From contig CM114271.1 in the NCBI GenBank assembly GCA_050084515.1, forward strand, positions 8,866,001 to 8,930,000: a DNA stretch of 64,000 bases, in the 5' to 3' direction. Position 1 is the stretch's first letter, and every line of letters begins with the position of its first letter. The notes below the pieces were generated by a model. It saw only the letters and a list, made by a program, of their open reading frames with translations. It was not told the origin of the DNA and searched no databases. Shown here in pieces: positions 1 through 13,443 of the stretch. This stretch comes from Blasia pusilla. Its lineage: Eukaryota. The position numbers were made by a program, and so were the translations under genes.

Positions 1-770
1 GGCCCTTCATTGTGGCCCTCGACCCGACTCCACTTACAGTCGTTTTCGGGTCGTATCTCGGCCGCTGCTTATGCGTTTGCAGCGATCTTTAATGCGTTTG
101 AACCGGCTCTCCATAAGCTTTCCAACGCCATCTTATTTGCTCCAAACGCATCTTGGCGCTAAAAGTTATGGCCATAAATACAGTCGGAAACTCTCAAACG
201 CAAGTGGCGTTCCAAGTCCGGATCTTTCCTTTGGCAACCCACTTCCTAGACTCGACTTCTTTCAAGTCTCATTCCGAGTTTGGTCCAGGTTTCCAAGTCG
301 CGACCATCACATCTGAAACGCGGCTTCTCGCTCGCGTCTCATCTCTTGTCTCCTCTTTGAGACAACTCCAACGCGCAAACCATCTTAGCGTGAGCCCGCT
401 AATGTTCCGATGTTCCGCTTGGCACTTGCTTGGTCATGAGGGTCGCGACACTAAGGGCCGCGACAGAGCAAATGCCTGGACCGTAGCGAGCGGAGGGCTT
501 GAGAGTAGACAGTGTCTCCTAGCGAGTGAAGGTCGGGAGAGTGGAGAAAAGCCTGGCCGCGAGAGAGCCGCAGTTGCGCCGTGAGAGCATGGACAGGAGA
601 GCAAAGTCTAAGGGCCGAGATACAGCGAACAAAGTCTGGAACGGAGCAAAGCGTGGTTGCAAGTGACGAAAGCCCTGAGAGTCGAGAGCAAAAATCAGAG
701 GGATCTGGGTGCCCCGACCATCTCATTCTCCGCTCTAAGCGGTGACAAAAAGGTCGTTAGGGCCGGGGCG

Positions 771-1185
771 AGATCGGACCATCCGATCTTGCTGCCCTAG
801 ATCCAACGATGGCAGGCAACAATTCATTGGGCGAGATCGGACCGTCTGATCTCGCCGCCGAAAATCAAACGGTTTAGATCTCACTCCCGTCAATCCAACG
901 GTGGCAGCGGGCGTCACTTTTGACGAGATCGGACCGCTAGATCTTGTAGATCTAACGGCTGTGTCTGCGGGATGGTTTAGGCAAGATCAGACGGTCCAAT
1001 CTTGCTGCGGAAGATTGAACGATCGGAGGGCGGGTAGGTTAGGGCGAGATCGAACCGTCCGATGTCGCGATCTTAGATCTAACGGCTGGAGGGCGGGTTT
1101 TCTAGGGCGAGATCGGACCGTTCGATCTCTCTGCTTGAAATCTAACGGTGGGATGTCCTGGCCGCGATCGGACCGTTCGATCTGA
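771..1185. repeat. Array of ~7 imperfect 19-bp palindromes AGATCGGAC(C/G)GTCCGATCT, mostly 55-63 bp apart
   Basis: Copies start at about 771, 834, 926, 984, 1047, 1110 and 1165. Most are followed by a (T/C)AACGG motif. Confidence 0.8.
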
Positions 1186-3281
1186 CTGCCCTAGATGTAA
1201 CGGTCCAATCAACAGGATAAGCTCAGCGATAATAGACCGTCAGATCATAATAATTTTGATCGGCCTGTTTGGATCTTCATCATCCGACAGCTATCAGCTC
1301 CTTCCCTCAATTTTTTTTTTTAAATTAAAATATTTTCTTCATTTTTCACTCCCTTCTTCTCCTTTTTTTTTCTGATATCCTAATCTAAATTAAAAGATTT
1401 TATTCCCAAATTTTTCCCTTCTTTCTCCATCAAGGTACTCTTCCTTCAAAAGTATTTCCCCTCCACTTTCTTTTTCCCTTATTTTCTATATAAAATTTAC
1501 ATAATCAATTAAATTATTTTCCTAATATAATTTTATTAAAAAATTTCTTACTCTATCACATAGATTTTTATTTTAGTAAAAGAAAATTTACCTCTTTTCT
1601 CCTTTTTATAATTTCTTTATTTACTTTTCTCCTTTTTTTTCCCCTTTTTTCTCCTCTTTTTTTCCCTTCTTGTCACACCAATGTTTTTTTTCTATCAGCA
1701 AGCCCAAGTAGGATGGTGCATGCATAGAGGAAAGAAAACATAAATTTACCTCTTTTTCTCTTTTTTCTGTTTTTATTTACTTTTCTCTATTGTTTTCCCC
1801 TTTTTTCCCTGCTTTTCCCCCTTCTTTTCCCATCAATGTATTTTTCTATCGAAAAATTTTCCCCCTTTTTTCCCTCGAGTTTATTTTCCCTGATTTTCCC
1901 TTTAAAAATGTTATAAGCTTTTCTTTTCTTTTCGTATTCCAAATTTATTTCACAAAATCAGACTTTACCACATAGAAATTTCTTTGACTATTAAATGAAA
2001 AATGGATGGTGTTTGAGGACCCCTTCCCTAGGCATACATTTTGGCCTCCTCCGGCCAAGATTTCTTCTTTGCAATTCCCTTCCTTTCCGTAATTACAAAT
2101 TCTACTCTTACACTATTATACAATAATTTATTTTATTTGTATGCATTATTTCTGATGGTAATTTGATAATTTTCTTATGTAAGGTGCCCGTACAATGGCT
2201 AAATCTGTTGTATATATCCAAAAAAATGGTTGGTGGGATGGAGAATTCTGCACTTCTCTTTGCCGTCGGCGAGAGAAAGCACATCTTACTACCTCCATCC
2301 CAATTTCCCCGATGTACGGTATCCAATTTTATTGTTTTGTTATTGTATTTTTGTACCATTGGATATTTTCCATGTATCATCACACTAATTTAAGCGTTGG
2401 TCTTTTTGTACATACTCCCTCTACTAGAAAATCATGTGGATTTACGCAATTATCGTAAAGTGCTTCGCGCAGAGGGCCAAAAAGAAATTGAGCCATTCGC
2501 GCTATAGAGCTAGGAGAGCGGAGACAACGACAACCTCTTGTCCCGATTCAATCATCTCCCACGTATGTTAAGCGTATGGCCAATACATCACACTTTCCAT
2601 TCTAATCCTTTCTAGCTTTTGTAGGTTGCTTGCCGAAATTTGTTTTGTTTTGTGCTAACTTTATACCATGCAAACTGATTGCTCAGACTTCCTATTTCAT
2701 CAAATCCAACTTCTTTTCATGATATTCGTAAAGTCTTACATGGAGAGGCACAAAAACAAAAATGACTTCTTCGTGTCGAGGCTCTGGCTCTAAAGAACCC
2801 AAAAAAAAAAAAGCCAAAGAAGAAAAGTTGGCGGAAGTCGTCACATCCTTTGTGATGATCCACCCACTATGATAGACCAAAATTCTTCCTCCCAGATAGA
2901 TAATATTACAAGGTATGTATTTTCTCACATTTCATGGATTATATATATCAATCATATTCTCATGAAATTTACATGATATAATTCTTACCTTTTGTTTGTA
3001 AGTGTTTGACTCAAGATGGGATTACCGATTTTCTTACTATGGAGAATATATGTGTACCTGAAGTTGATCAACCTATGAATAATGTAGCAATTATTATGGA
3101 AGACTCATCCATTCAACAAGTTGAGGACGTTACCAACAATATCCCCCCAGTCCAAATATTTAAGGTATCCACTCATGTAATACCTATAGTCATCGAGCAA
3201 GTATCTTCTGCTCAACATGATGACCATACTGTGAACAATATCCCAATACTTCATACGTCTCGTTCTTTCTATCAACTTTCT

Positions 3282-4359
3282 TGTGGAGGTCTTTCACATC
3301 CGGGTGACTTGTTGACCAGGTCACCCGCCCCTGGTAACATGGGCGCGCAGGTTACCAAGGGGATGGCTATTTTTAGGGGAAGAGACTTTTGGCTCTTCCC
3401 AACCCTATATGAGGGAGGAAGATGGTTTTCCCAAGCCATCTTTCTCATGTTGGGCGGTTGGAGCACCTCTCTTGCATGTGTGTGAGATACGAATTGGGTG
3501 CTAGCGTCTAGATTCCTTGATAGCGTAGGGTGGACGAGGCTCATATGCTGATGTAGATTGAGGAGTGGAGTTTTAGGCCGGGTGCGCCATTTTTACTACT
3601 CTTTATTTTTACATGAGAAAGATGCTAGGGGGCACGGAATTCGTTGGTTGCAGGTAGGCAAGCGAGTTGCCTCGATGGGGAGCCCTTGGAGACGCGTGTG
3701 TGGCATTTTGTGTGTTATTTTATGTTCAGAAGGCCGTGAGCGGAAGCGTTGTCCGTTTTTCATGATTTTGTTGGTGCTAGTTGACGGGGGACAACCGTAG
3801 AGGGTAGCATATAGTGGGGCAGTGAAATTCGTAAGTGTATCGTCGGCATATGAGCAGCAAGTGTCGGGAAGAGAGAGAAGATTTGCCTTGCAGCCGTCGG
3901 GGGGCTCTTAAGTGAAGGCGGCTAGGCTAGGGTGCGAGCTAGTTTTAGGTCACTTAGGCCATGGATAAGATCCACGTAGAGTTGACATGACTTAAGTAGA
4001 TAACGGCAGTAGAGTAGAGGGAGGAGTGTGCGTCAGTGCACGACGGGGGTAGATTTGTTGGGAGTAGCCAGGATACGCGCGTCAAGAAGCACCGTGCGAG
4101 AAGGCTGGACGACCAGAAGGAGAGAGGACGAGGCGCGCATAGGGACGCCCCCCCTTCTTCGGGAGGAGTTAATGTGGGAGAGAGGAGGGCATGGGTTTGC
4201 CGCATATGGCACCGTGCCCAAGCGGGTAGCACTCACGGGTAGACCGGAAAAACTGGCGGCGGGAGCCGGAGTGGAGGGAGCCGGGCAGACAAACCCGAGA
4301 GGTCCGAGGAAGTAAAAGGAAGGACGGAATTAAGGGTCGGGCTACCAGGTTGAGCGACA
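3282..4359 (+). repeat. Putative 5' LTR of Gypsy copy 1
   Basis: Begins TGTGG at an abrupt AT-to-GC shift and ends ...GCGACA. It is followed by a PBS-like TGGTAAGAGC (cf. tRNA-iMet TGGTATCAGAGC). No second LTR is available to confirm. Confidence 0.45.
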
Positions 4360-5137
4360 TATGTGGTAAGAGCTACGATGTGGTTGAGGAGAGTTACATG
4401 GTTGGGGTCAAGATGTACCCTCTACACCAACGAGTTGACGATGGAGAGTTAGTGTGCTGATGTTGCCAAGTGGTCTGCATCTGGTGATGGGAGGATCGAC
4501 TTGTTGTGAGAGGAGGTGGTTGTGATGCGGAAGTTTCCGAGCCACATGGAGGAGTGAGTGTTGATGGAGCAGATGATTGGCGGGAGTGATCAGGTTACCC
4601 ATCCGAGTCCCTTTTCTTGCACTTATCTTCTGTGATTGAGAGTGTTGGGTATCGGGTAGTAGCTGGTGCCAGGTGGGTGCAGTGATGGTGACGAGTGGAG
4701 ACTCTTTTCATGTGTAGCATGTTGGTGGATATACGACGGTTTTCGAGTAGGGGTCGCATGTATGACCCGAGAGCGTGTCGATAGGTTAGGTGAGTTAGTG
4801 GGAGGCTCATGGTGAGCCTGAGTGTTGAGTGTGCGTGAGGTTGGGTGTGTCATCACAGGATTGACGTTAGCATAGGTGAACTAGTGAGGAGTGTGGGAGA
4901 CTCTCGGTGAGTCTGAGTGCTTGAGTGGGTGAGACAGTGTTGTCATCACGGCGTTCTTCCAGGGTTCGGAAGAATGGGGTAGTGCGAGTAGTAGCAGTGG
5001 TGTGACACGGAGTGGACTGAGATACCGAGGGGTTACGAGTGAAGAGCTACCTCGACATCCATCTGTGGCTAGATCGTCATCACTAGACATTGGGTCTGGT
5101 GACGAGATCGCAGACGGAGGCAATATCACTTGGTAGG

Positions 5138-6090
5138 AGATGGACGACATGGGCCATCAGGGCATGCGTCGTTTCTCGGGTGCACTAGGCACCATTGACT
5201 TAGATGATTTTATCCAGGAGTTTGACACCTAGTGCGAATTCCAGAAGATACGGACCCCAACACGGTTCAACCTTTTCATGGCATGGAAGGGGTTGTTCCA
5301 GCACTTGGAGGGTCCTCCGATGGATGACTACATGGAGTTTTAATCACTATATTCAGTAGAGATTGATGCCTCGAGGATGTATTGGGCTCTAGGGTATGTG
5401 TCCACTAGTGGTCGTGAGGCATATGATGGGATCGTGAGAGGGGAGAGACCCACACCATCAGCCCGGAGACTAGATGGAGAGGAGGGCAGTGAGACACACA
5501 ATGTGGCTCAGACCTCTAGTGGTAGAGGGCCACCCCACTTCAGTCCCATAGTGGAGTTCTTCCCACAGTTGGGGAAGAGCTACTAGGGCGTACGCACCGG
5601 CAAGTTGAAGAGTCTACAGGATTTTTAGGGATGATCGGGTGAGAGTTTGAGAGAGGCATTCACATGCATGAGGAGGTTGATCATTCCTACGTATGGAGTG
5701 ACTAAGGCGCAGTCAGTCCAATATTGGTACGGGGTTCTAGACCGAGAACTACAAAGGAGAGTCTGAGATGCGATGTTGATTCACATAGCAAAGCCCACAT
5801 TGAAGGTGGTCTTTGAGTTTTCTGAGCGTATTGAGCTCAACATGAGTGAGGAGCTCGTAGTGACCGCTGGATTTTCTCGAGAGTCAGCGAGTCCACGAGC
5901 GACGGTGATCCCACAGGTGCCACAGCGAGCACCAATACCATGGGAGCGGGCCAGTGGGCCCAGAGAACACGTCGGATACCGTGAGCCTATGAGGCAACGA
6001 CCCGTACCTACATATGTTGCCCAATAGGGACCGATGTTATCTTGTTGGACGTGTGGAGGGGCCCATAGGCAGAGAGACTGCACACACCAT
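5138..6090 (+). pseudogene. Gypsy gag remnant (copy 1)
   Basis: GMRRFSGALGTIDLDDFIQEF...AWKGLFQHLEGPPMDDY plus a Cys/His knuckle. Homologous to the minus-strand gag at 50860-51879. Confidence 0.75.
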
Positions 6091-7841
6091 GGGAGAGGAC
6101 CACGAGCGCCTCCAATTCCTCAGGAGCCACATAGGATGGCCCGACCATAGTAGCAGTGTGACTACTTCCACAGATATGGTCATACTAGGGATAGATGTTT
6201 TGACCTTCGTCGAGAGGCACGTCCAGAGGTAGGTCGAGGGTCTGGGGGCGGTCGTCTTGGAGGAGGTTGGGGAGTTCTTCATGGATGTAGTGATAGAGGA
6301 CCACCACCAGCCAGAGGAGATGGAGCAGGAGCACCAGAGTCGGCACTTCTCTCTCGCATCGATCAGTTGGAGCAGAGGATTGCCACCATGACAATCATGC
6401 AGCTCAGGGAAGGCACGGAGCCACGAGCAACTAGTGTGGCTCCAACTTCTACCTCTTACCCTGACTCGGGTGAGGATCTCGCTAGTATGGGGTTTATGTG
6501 TAGTGCAGCTCAGGTTGAGGCGCTTGTAGTGGTGACTCAGGGTGTTGCAAGAGGCATCGAGCCATCGAGAGGTGGAGTTAAGATTGACCCACTGGAGGGG
6601 ACCGATGGGCGCCAGGCCACGGTTCCACAGTCATTCACATTGTCGGAGGCACTACACACACCATTGATGGTGCCTCGACGACCAGAAGTTCCTACAGCTA
6701 AGGCAGGTATGTTGACTTCACGAGGAGTTGGAGTGACAACTCCTATGCCGGCTCGAGTGGAATTAGTGTCGACCATAGTGTTGGAGGTGGCCACAAGAGT
6801 GAGTTAGACTCTACTATTCTCTGCCATAGAGTTGGCGACATTGGGAGTTGGACCTGTTGAGGTGTTCCGGTTGGACGCCACGTTGTGTGAGCGTGGAGAG
6901 GTGACTGCTCCTTGTTCAGAGGTAGTTGAGGAGGTGGTGGACTTGCCCTCATAGGCGGTGCTCGAGACGTCCCCCACACAGTCATGGCATGCGGCGGGGA
7001 AAACTTGGTAGATATGCCAGCTCGACCTGCCATAGAGTGAGCAGTGGTGACACCTAGAGTAGTGTTACTGGATAACCAAGCTGGAGTATTTCACTTGGTT
7101 AGTCCGACGGGGATAGTATACCACCTGCAGCGCGTCCTACTTGATTCAGAAAGGGCAGCCCTTGATGTAAGGGAAGGCGGAGTGTTTAGCACTGGGGTTA
7201 CGGAAGGCCGACATTGAGACTTGTCCCTTCGAGATACATACCTCGATTGGGGGCGTGTCATCCACGCAACATGAGATAGTTGTCAGAGTCTAGCCAAAGC
7301 ATACGACGGATAGTGCTATGGTGCGCACACGTGCGATTACGATACCAACTGAGTCGTACGATGTGTTGGTGGGCGTACAGTATTATATCCCCTAGGATTC
7401 ATCCCTCACTTCTGGGAGGAGACCGTTGCTTATCGGCCAGAATGGCGGTCAGGTGACGGGTGGATGAGTCAGTTATCCGTGTAGTTTGCGGGACAAGGTG
7501 GTCGATCACGAGACGAGTCTGTGACCACGTTGGCAGCTTTCACAGGTAGTGTTAGCTGGCCAGAAGAGTTGTTGGAGGGGAACGCACATACGGAGGATGT
7601 CCCAATAGCGCATAGTCCCACAGAGAGACAAGCCATGGTGGGTGTCTCTTCCCATGTTGGCGAGACCTCTTCACCATTGTGGGGTACGACTCGAGAGCTA
7701 CAGAGGAGTGCCAAAGACCTCGTGAGGCAGGCGTAGAGTCATGCCTTCATCACGGAGCAGCGAGAGTCAGGTGACGATCAGGCTTGTGGAGTGGAGACGT
7801 TGACCCCACTGGATACCACACCCGTTTTTGGCTAGTGTCCA

Positions 7842-8808
7842 GAGGAGGGTGTTAGGGTGTTAGATCTCTTCGGAGGAATTAGCACCGGATTGGCTGCAGT
7901 ATGGCACGCGGACATACGGGTGCATCAGTACCTTTATGTGGAGAGAGATGAGATCGCGCGGTGAGTATCATTACGTCACGTATCGAGATTGGTCTAGAGA
8001 TATCCTGAGTTGTTTCCGGTATCTACAGTACGGGGATATCAACATACACCACCCGCCAACATCTCTTTGGTGGAGGCGCAGAATCTGGATAGAGTTGGTA
8101 CCATTCATTTGGTGATTGCTAAATGGCCATGTCATGGTCATTCATCACCTGGCCGAGGATTTGGATTGCAGGATCCGAGGTCATGGATGTTTTGGGAGAT
8201 GCTGCGAGTAGTACGACACTTGCAAGAGAGTCAGACATGTTCTCCAACGTACATTTTGGAGAACGTGTCGTTGTTGGGAGACACTCGTGCACGTGTGATG
8301 ACAAGTGTGCATCAGGTGAGGTCCGAGTTGGGACGTGTTGTGTTGCTACATGTAGTGAGAGTTGGATCACGTGCCCATCGTCCACGACGTGGTGGACGAA
8401 CCTGATACCATCAGAGGTACTTAGTTGAGGATACGATGGAGTCCAGAGAGCACCACATCTCACAGTGGATGCTATTTTGGGCTCAGGGCGTCGATCTCAG
8501 GTGGTGACGCAGGATGATAGACCACTGTTGGCGATGACCAAAAGGGTGGGGGAGTTGAGGGCAGCCTTACCTACATTGGTGAGCTTCCCAGCATCCCATG
8601 CCTTTTGTCAAGGAGGACCATGCATGATTTGGGATGAGGTGACCCGAGCATTGGAGAAGCCTACACCAAATGAGCGCGAGCGCGCCATGGGGTTCGCTAC
8701 GGGTACAACGGCGGTGCCAGGTATGATTGAGGCATCCCGGAGACAGGTGTTGGGGCAGGCAATGGACCTCAACTGTCTCACATGGATAGTCAATCTAGGT
8801 ATGGCTTA
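7842..8808 (+). pseudogene. DNMT3-like C5 cytosine methyltransferase domain within Gypsy pol (copy 1)
   Basis: Motifs in canonical order: I VLDLFGGI, II YVERD, IV VIAKWPCHGHS, VI YILENV, VIII AHRPRR(W)WTN, IX ERERAMGF, X RRQVLGQAMD. Contains in-frame stops and frameshifts. Confidence 0.9.
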
Positions 8809-8915
8809 GCAGAGACGGATGCGAGTGTCGTCCATGTCGTCATGTCCACGAGTTGGACCATTTCCTATAGGGTTTGTAGAGGCATTGGCTCAAGTTGTAG
8901 AGGCATTGGCTCAAG

Positions 8916-10927
8916 TTGATAGGAGGAGAGCGACGTCAAGTTCATAGGTTTCTGAGAGGGCATGTCAGTTGTTTTGTCTTCAGTATCAGAGACTTGGGTA
9001 CGATGAAGGGTCTCGGGATACGGATTGAGTTGGCTAGTGATACGCCGATCTTTTGTCGACCTGATAGGTCTTGTGATATGGAGCGAGCCTTGATTTAGAG
9101 CAGGAGTCATGACTTGTGGAGTTATCACATGGGGAGTATGCATCTGCCACAGTCATGCCGACGAAGAAGGATATGTATGGCAATTGGACCGATAGGCGGA
9201 TGTATGGAGATTACCGTCCTATCAATCGACACACGAGTATCCATGCTTACTCCTGAGGAGATCTTTGATGCGGTAGGGCATGCAAAGATCTTCAGTACTT
9301 AAGATCTCCGTGTTGGCTATCATCAGTTTCCTATCTGGTTGGAGGACAGGGAGAAGACAACATTCTGGGGGATAGACTGGTTCGGGAGAGATTTCTTGTA
9401 TCAGTGGCGATTCTTACCATTTGGGTTGAAGAATGCGCATGCAGAGTTTCAAAGAGTGATGGATAGGATTTTGGTTGGCTTGGATTTTGTACGATGTTAC
9501 ATAGATGATATTCTTATCTTCACTTCCACGGTTGAGGAGCATGAGCGACACCTGGAGGAGGTGTTTCGGCGATTGCACTCACATGGACTAAAGTTACATC
9601 CAGGCAAGTGCAGATTCTTTCAGGAGCAAATTGAGTACTTGGGACACACCATATACCCGAGGAGGAGCGGTAAGAGGAGAGGAAGAGAGGAAGATATTGG
9701 CAACCCCTAGGGCTCTTATTTTTTTAAGAGAGTTTCCGACAGGTTGAAGAGAGTTTCCGACTGGTTGGAGAGAGGAAAGTTTTGACGAGTTGAAAAGGAA
9801 AAAAAAAATCCAAAAAAAATTGGTGGTGACATTTTTTGATTTTTTTTACCTTTTCAACCTGTCAGAATCCGACGGGTTGCAAATTTTTTTGGTTTTTTTT
9901 TTATGGTTAAGGAAAAATTTTCATTTTTGGGGGTTTTCTTAACGTTTGCAACCTTTCGGAGTCCAACGGGTTGCTTTTGAGGCCAAAAAGAAACTCATCG
10001 GAGTCCGACGGGTCGCCATGATGCCTAGAAAGCAACCCGTTAGAGTCCGACGGGTTGCAAATGTTAAAAAAATCCCAAAAAATGAAAATTTTCCTTAACC
10101 CAAAAAAAAAACCAAAAAATTGCAACCCATCGAATTCCAACAGGTTGCACTAAGTTTCCTCTCTTCAAAAAAAATCTCCAAAAAAATTACTCACTTATTA
10201 TCCATAATCTTCATATTTTTTGAAGAGAGTTTCAATTTTTTGTCCCTGTTGTGCCTTTTTTTTTAAGAGAGACTCTCCTCTCTTCCTCTCTTCCTCTCCT
10301 CTCTTCCTCTCTCTTGCCAAAATACCAGCCCCCTATACCCGAGTGGTTTAGGAGTTCAGCGAACGAAGGTGGAGGCTATTGCGCAAATTCCACGCCCTAC
10401 AGATGTGAGTCGAGTCGTAGCGTTTCTTAGACTGGCAAACCTCTATTGACGGTATGTCAAGGGTTTTAGTTCGATCGCAAGGTCTTTGACCTTTTTGATG
10501 AGACTGGATCAGGTTTGGTTGTGGGGAGACAATCAGGAGCGAGCATTTCAAGAGGTGAAGGACAGGTTGACGTCCTCAACCATTTTACAAAGACCGGTTA
10601 GGGGTCGTCCATTCCAGTTACATACGGATTGGAGCATGTTGGGTCTAGGAGCAATGCTTACTCAGAGGGATGACGAGGATAGGGAGTTTGTTATGACTTA
10701 CGTGAGCTGATTGAACAACATTGTAGAGGCAAAGTACAGCTCCTACGAGGGAGAGTGCTTGGCTACAGTGTGGGCGGTGGCACATTTCAGGTGCTATTTA
10801 TTCGGCAACCCTTTCATACTTATCACTCATCATCAGCCGTTTAGGTGGTTGATGGAGTCCAACAAGCTTACGGGAAAGCTTTCTAGGTGGGCTCTATTAC
10901 TACACGAGTATAAGTTTAAGGTGGTGC
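8916..10927 (+). pseudogene. Gypsy reverse transcriptase-RNase H remnant, interrupted by a MITE
   Basis: LPFGLKNA, YIDDILIF, KLHPGKC, IEYLGHTIYP|SGLGV, FQLHTDWS, YSSYEGECLA, KLSRWALLLHEY. Confidence 0.9.
9661..10333. mobile_element. Non-autonomous Mutator-like MITE (673 bp) of the palindrome-bearing family
   Basis: Perfect 9-bp TSD TATACCCGA (9652-9660 and 10334-10342); removing it restores RT GHTIYPSGLGV. Ends match 29323 (GAGGxGCGGTAAGAGG) and 41313 (AATACCAGCCCCC). Holds five 27-bp palindromes. Confidence 0.9.
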
Positions 10928-13443
10928 TATTTGTTATGCACCTTCAGACACGCAGAGTGTAGCCTTTATGCAGCCCAGTACTTCCACTCATTTTCTTGAG
11001 AATATCAATTCCACAATCCGTTTTCAGACCTCTCAATTGTTCAACAATACTACAACATACCATGGCCTGAGGCTACCTGAGTCACCTATCAAAAGGAAAT
11101 GTACCTAGCGTATTGCACATGATGTGTAAGCTCCTGCCCTTTGTCCAGCCGCATTGCTGTGATTGCACCCGTTCACTTGAGCACTTGTTGCTAGACTATT
11201 ATCCTGACTTTAGTACCGGCTTTCATGCGCAGATGATCATCGGCAATTTGAAGGATGATTCTTTTGATCCACTTCTGCGCCCGATTACTTAAGGTTGTTT
11301 AAGTCTACCACTAAGTAGACAGTTTGGTTCTACTCAGATGCTTTCATATTCTTGGTTGTACCAGCTGATAATTTCTGCAAGTCTATGCTATAAGCATTAG
11401 TTTATACAATTTTATCATGACACATATACTCTTATATAACTACTGGGTTTCTTCTGGAATTTTAATTTTTAAACTTATTACATTTTGCGTTGTGTTCTCT
11501 ATGCATTGGTGACTTATGCTATACATGGTTGTCTTCTTGACTCCTATGTTATTGTCAAATTTTCTGGTCACCTAATCGCTGTTTAACAAGCATTGATTGG
11601 CAGCATTTGTAGCTCATTTATCACACTTGGGTTTACCTCATTCTCACCAATACGTTCTTATTATCAAAGTTAGTTCTGTGTTGTTTCTTTTCCACACTTT
11701 TAGTTGCACAACCATTTGTTAGCGGTGATGTTATGTTACGTTTCATTGCAGAGAACATCAATGTCTAACTTTGTGAGTGAGGACACATACCCTGCTCTTG
11801 TTGCAATTGAATGTGACAAAGGTAGCAGAAAACGGAGAAGGCGGCATTCACCCGGCACAGAGGTGAAGCTCCCAAGTGTCAGTGATCCAATATACTTCAA
11901 TGACAATGTGCAGATGGTTGGGTTTGAAGTAGCACTAAAGAATACCAAAATTGCTTAGGATCGACTTGATGACTGTGGACGTGATAACGACATACTACGA
12001 CTGGTCATGCAATGAGTAACTGAGGACCACGACACCGACATGGAAACATTTTCCGATCGCAAACATGACCTACAAAGTATTCTTGCTGACTTGCTTGTTC
12101 TTGAACAGCACTGTGTACACAAATATGCAAATGACCTGGAGCTACACGGCCAGATTGCTAAAGATTCGCTGTGGGAAAAAATGGAAAGGCACTTTGCAAC
12201 AATATAGTTGATAGCGACTCTTAAAAAGTAGGTTCAAAAAATGAGCAATGTGATATGTTTGCTAATCCCAAAGTAGAGACTCCTTGGCTCACTGTTGACA
12301 GCAGTTCATTCTTTTTATTTTTCAGTTTCCTGTCGTTTTGGGTCTGCCATCCCTTGTATCTCTAGAGAACATCAGGGAAAACTTGTTGTTGTATTTGATA
12401 CCAGTGATATGAATTTTTGATACTTGTATTCACACATATTTGTCTAACAGCGTAATGTTTTTTCTTCACTATAAAGACTGCCTTATTGCACACTAAAACA
12501 CATCTGATTATAATCTGCGTTGCAAACTAAGTTAAATTCATATCTTGACACAACAACACTGATGCCAGTTTAATACTTTCAGTGCATCCTGATACTTGAT
12601 AACTAAATTTATTAAAATCACACATGCACTCTTCACATTTGGCCTCTTCACGTTTGGCCTCTTTTGCATATATTTCGAGGGTCATCCTTGTGAGTTCACC
12701 TAGTTTTAGTCTACAGTTGTACACATGTGCTTTACCTATCTAGACTTCTGGTGTTCCTTACTATTGTGTTACCATCGTATGTAGACAGCGTATCGGCCAA
12801 CTCGATAGGCTCAACCATTATGTTTCATGTACTACTAATTCGATGAAGGCCTGACAACAAAAGAATCCATCCCGTTTTTGTTCAATTGATATTGAGATTC
12901 CCCCACTGTATCATCGATTTGGAGCACTTGTGTTGCATATGTCCTGCTTTGCTAAAATCGACCAGATCAGTACCTTGTTTCGAGCATAACATCTATGATT
13001 TTACAATAGTCATTGATACCTACCGTGAAAGTTGTAGTCGTGTTTTAAACCAGGCGTACAACCTATTGAGTGCCCACTCATATCCTATATCCTTATTCTC
13101 CCAAGTGCATCATTTTGTATGATCACAAATTTATTTCTGATTGACCACTTTAATAAAACTTCACAAACACACATATTCATGTACAAGTGACCAACAAATA
13201 CTCCTAAATAGTTACTTGATCTCCACATGCACAACAGAGTCTTGCTATAAGTTTACACAACAGGTGGACCCTCAAACTCATCCACCTTTACAACAAAGAA
13301 ACTATAGACCACAATCATTCGCGCAGTTTTATATTTTTACCTGACCACCTCGTTTACCACTATTTCTATTTACGAGACTACCGTTTCACTACACAAATCT
13401 TCACTACACTGCGAGGGGCGGCAAACTTGTTTTTCAAACATAA

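Larger units (their letters stand above)
3282..10927 (+). mobile_element. Degenerate Ty3/Gypsy LTR retrotransposon carrying a C5 DNA methyltransferase domain (copy 1), truncated before integrase
   Basis: Order is putative LTR, gag with CWTCGGAHRQRDC knuckle (~6043-6081), protease RVLLDS (~7131), DNMT, RT (YIDDILI), RNase H (LHTDWS...YEGECLA). Many stops and frameshifts; boundaries approximate. Confidence 0.85.

Noticed and set aside
10928-13440. Degenerate coding-like stretches with splice-like signals
   Set aside because: No recognisable domain and many stops; cannot be assigned without a search.
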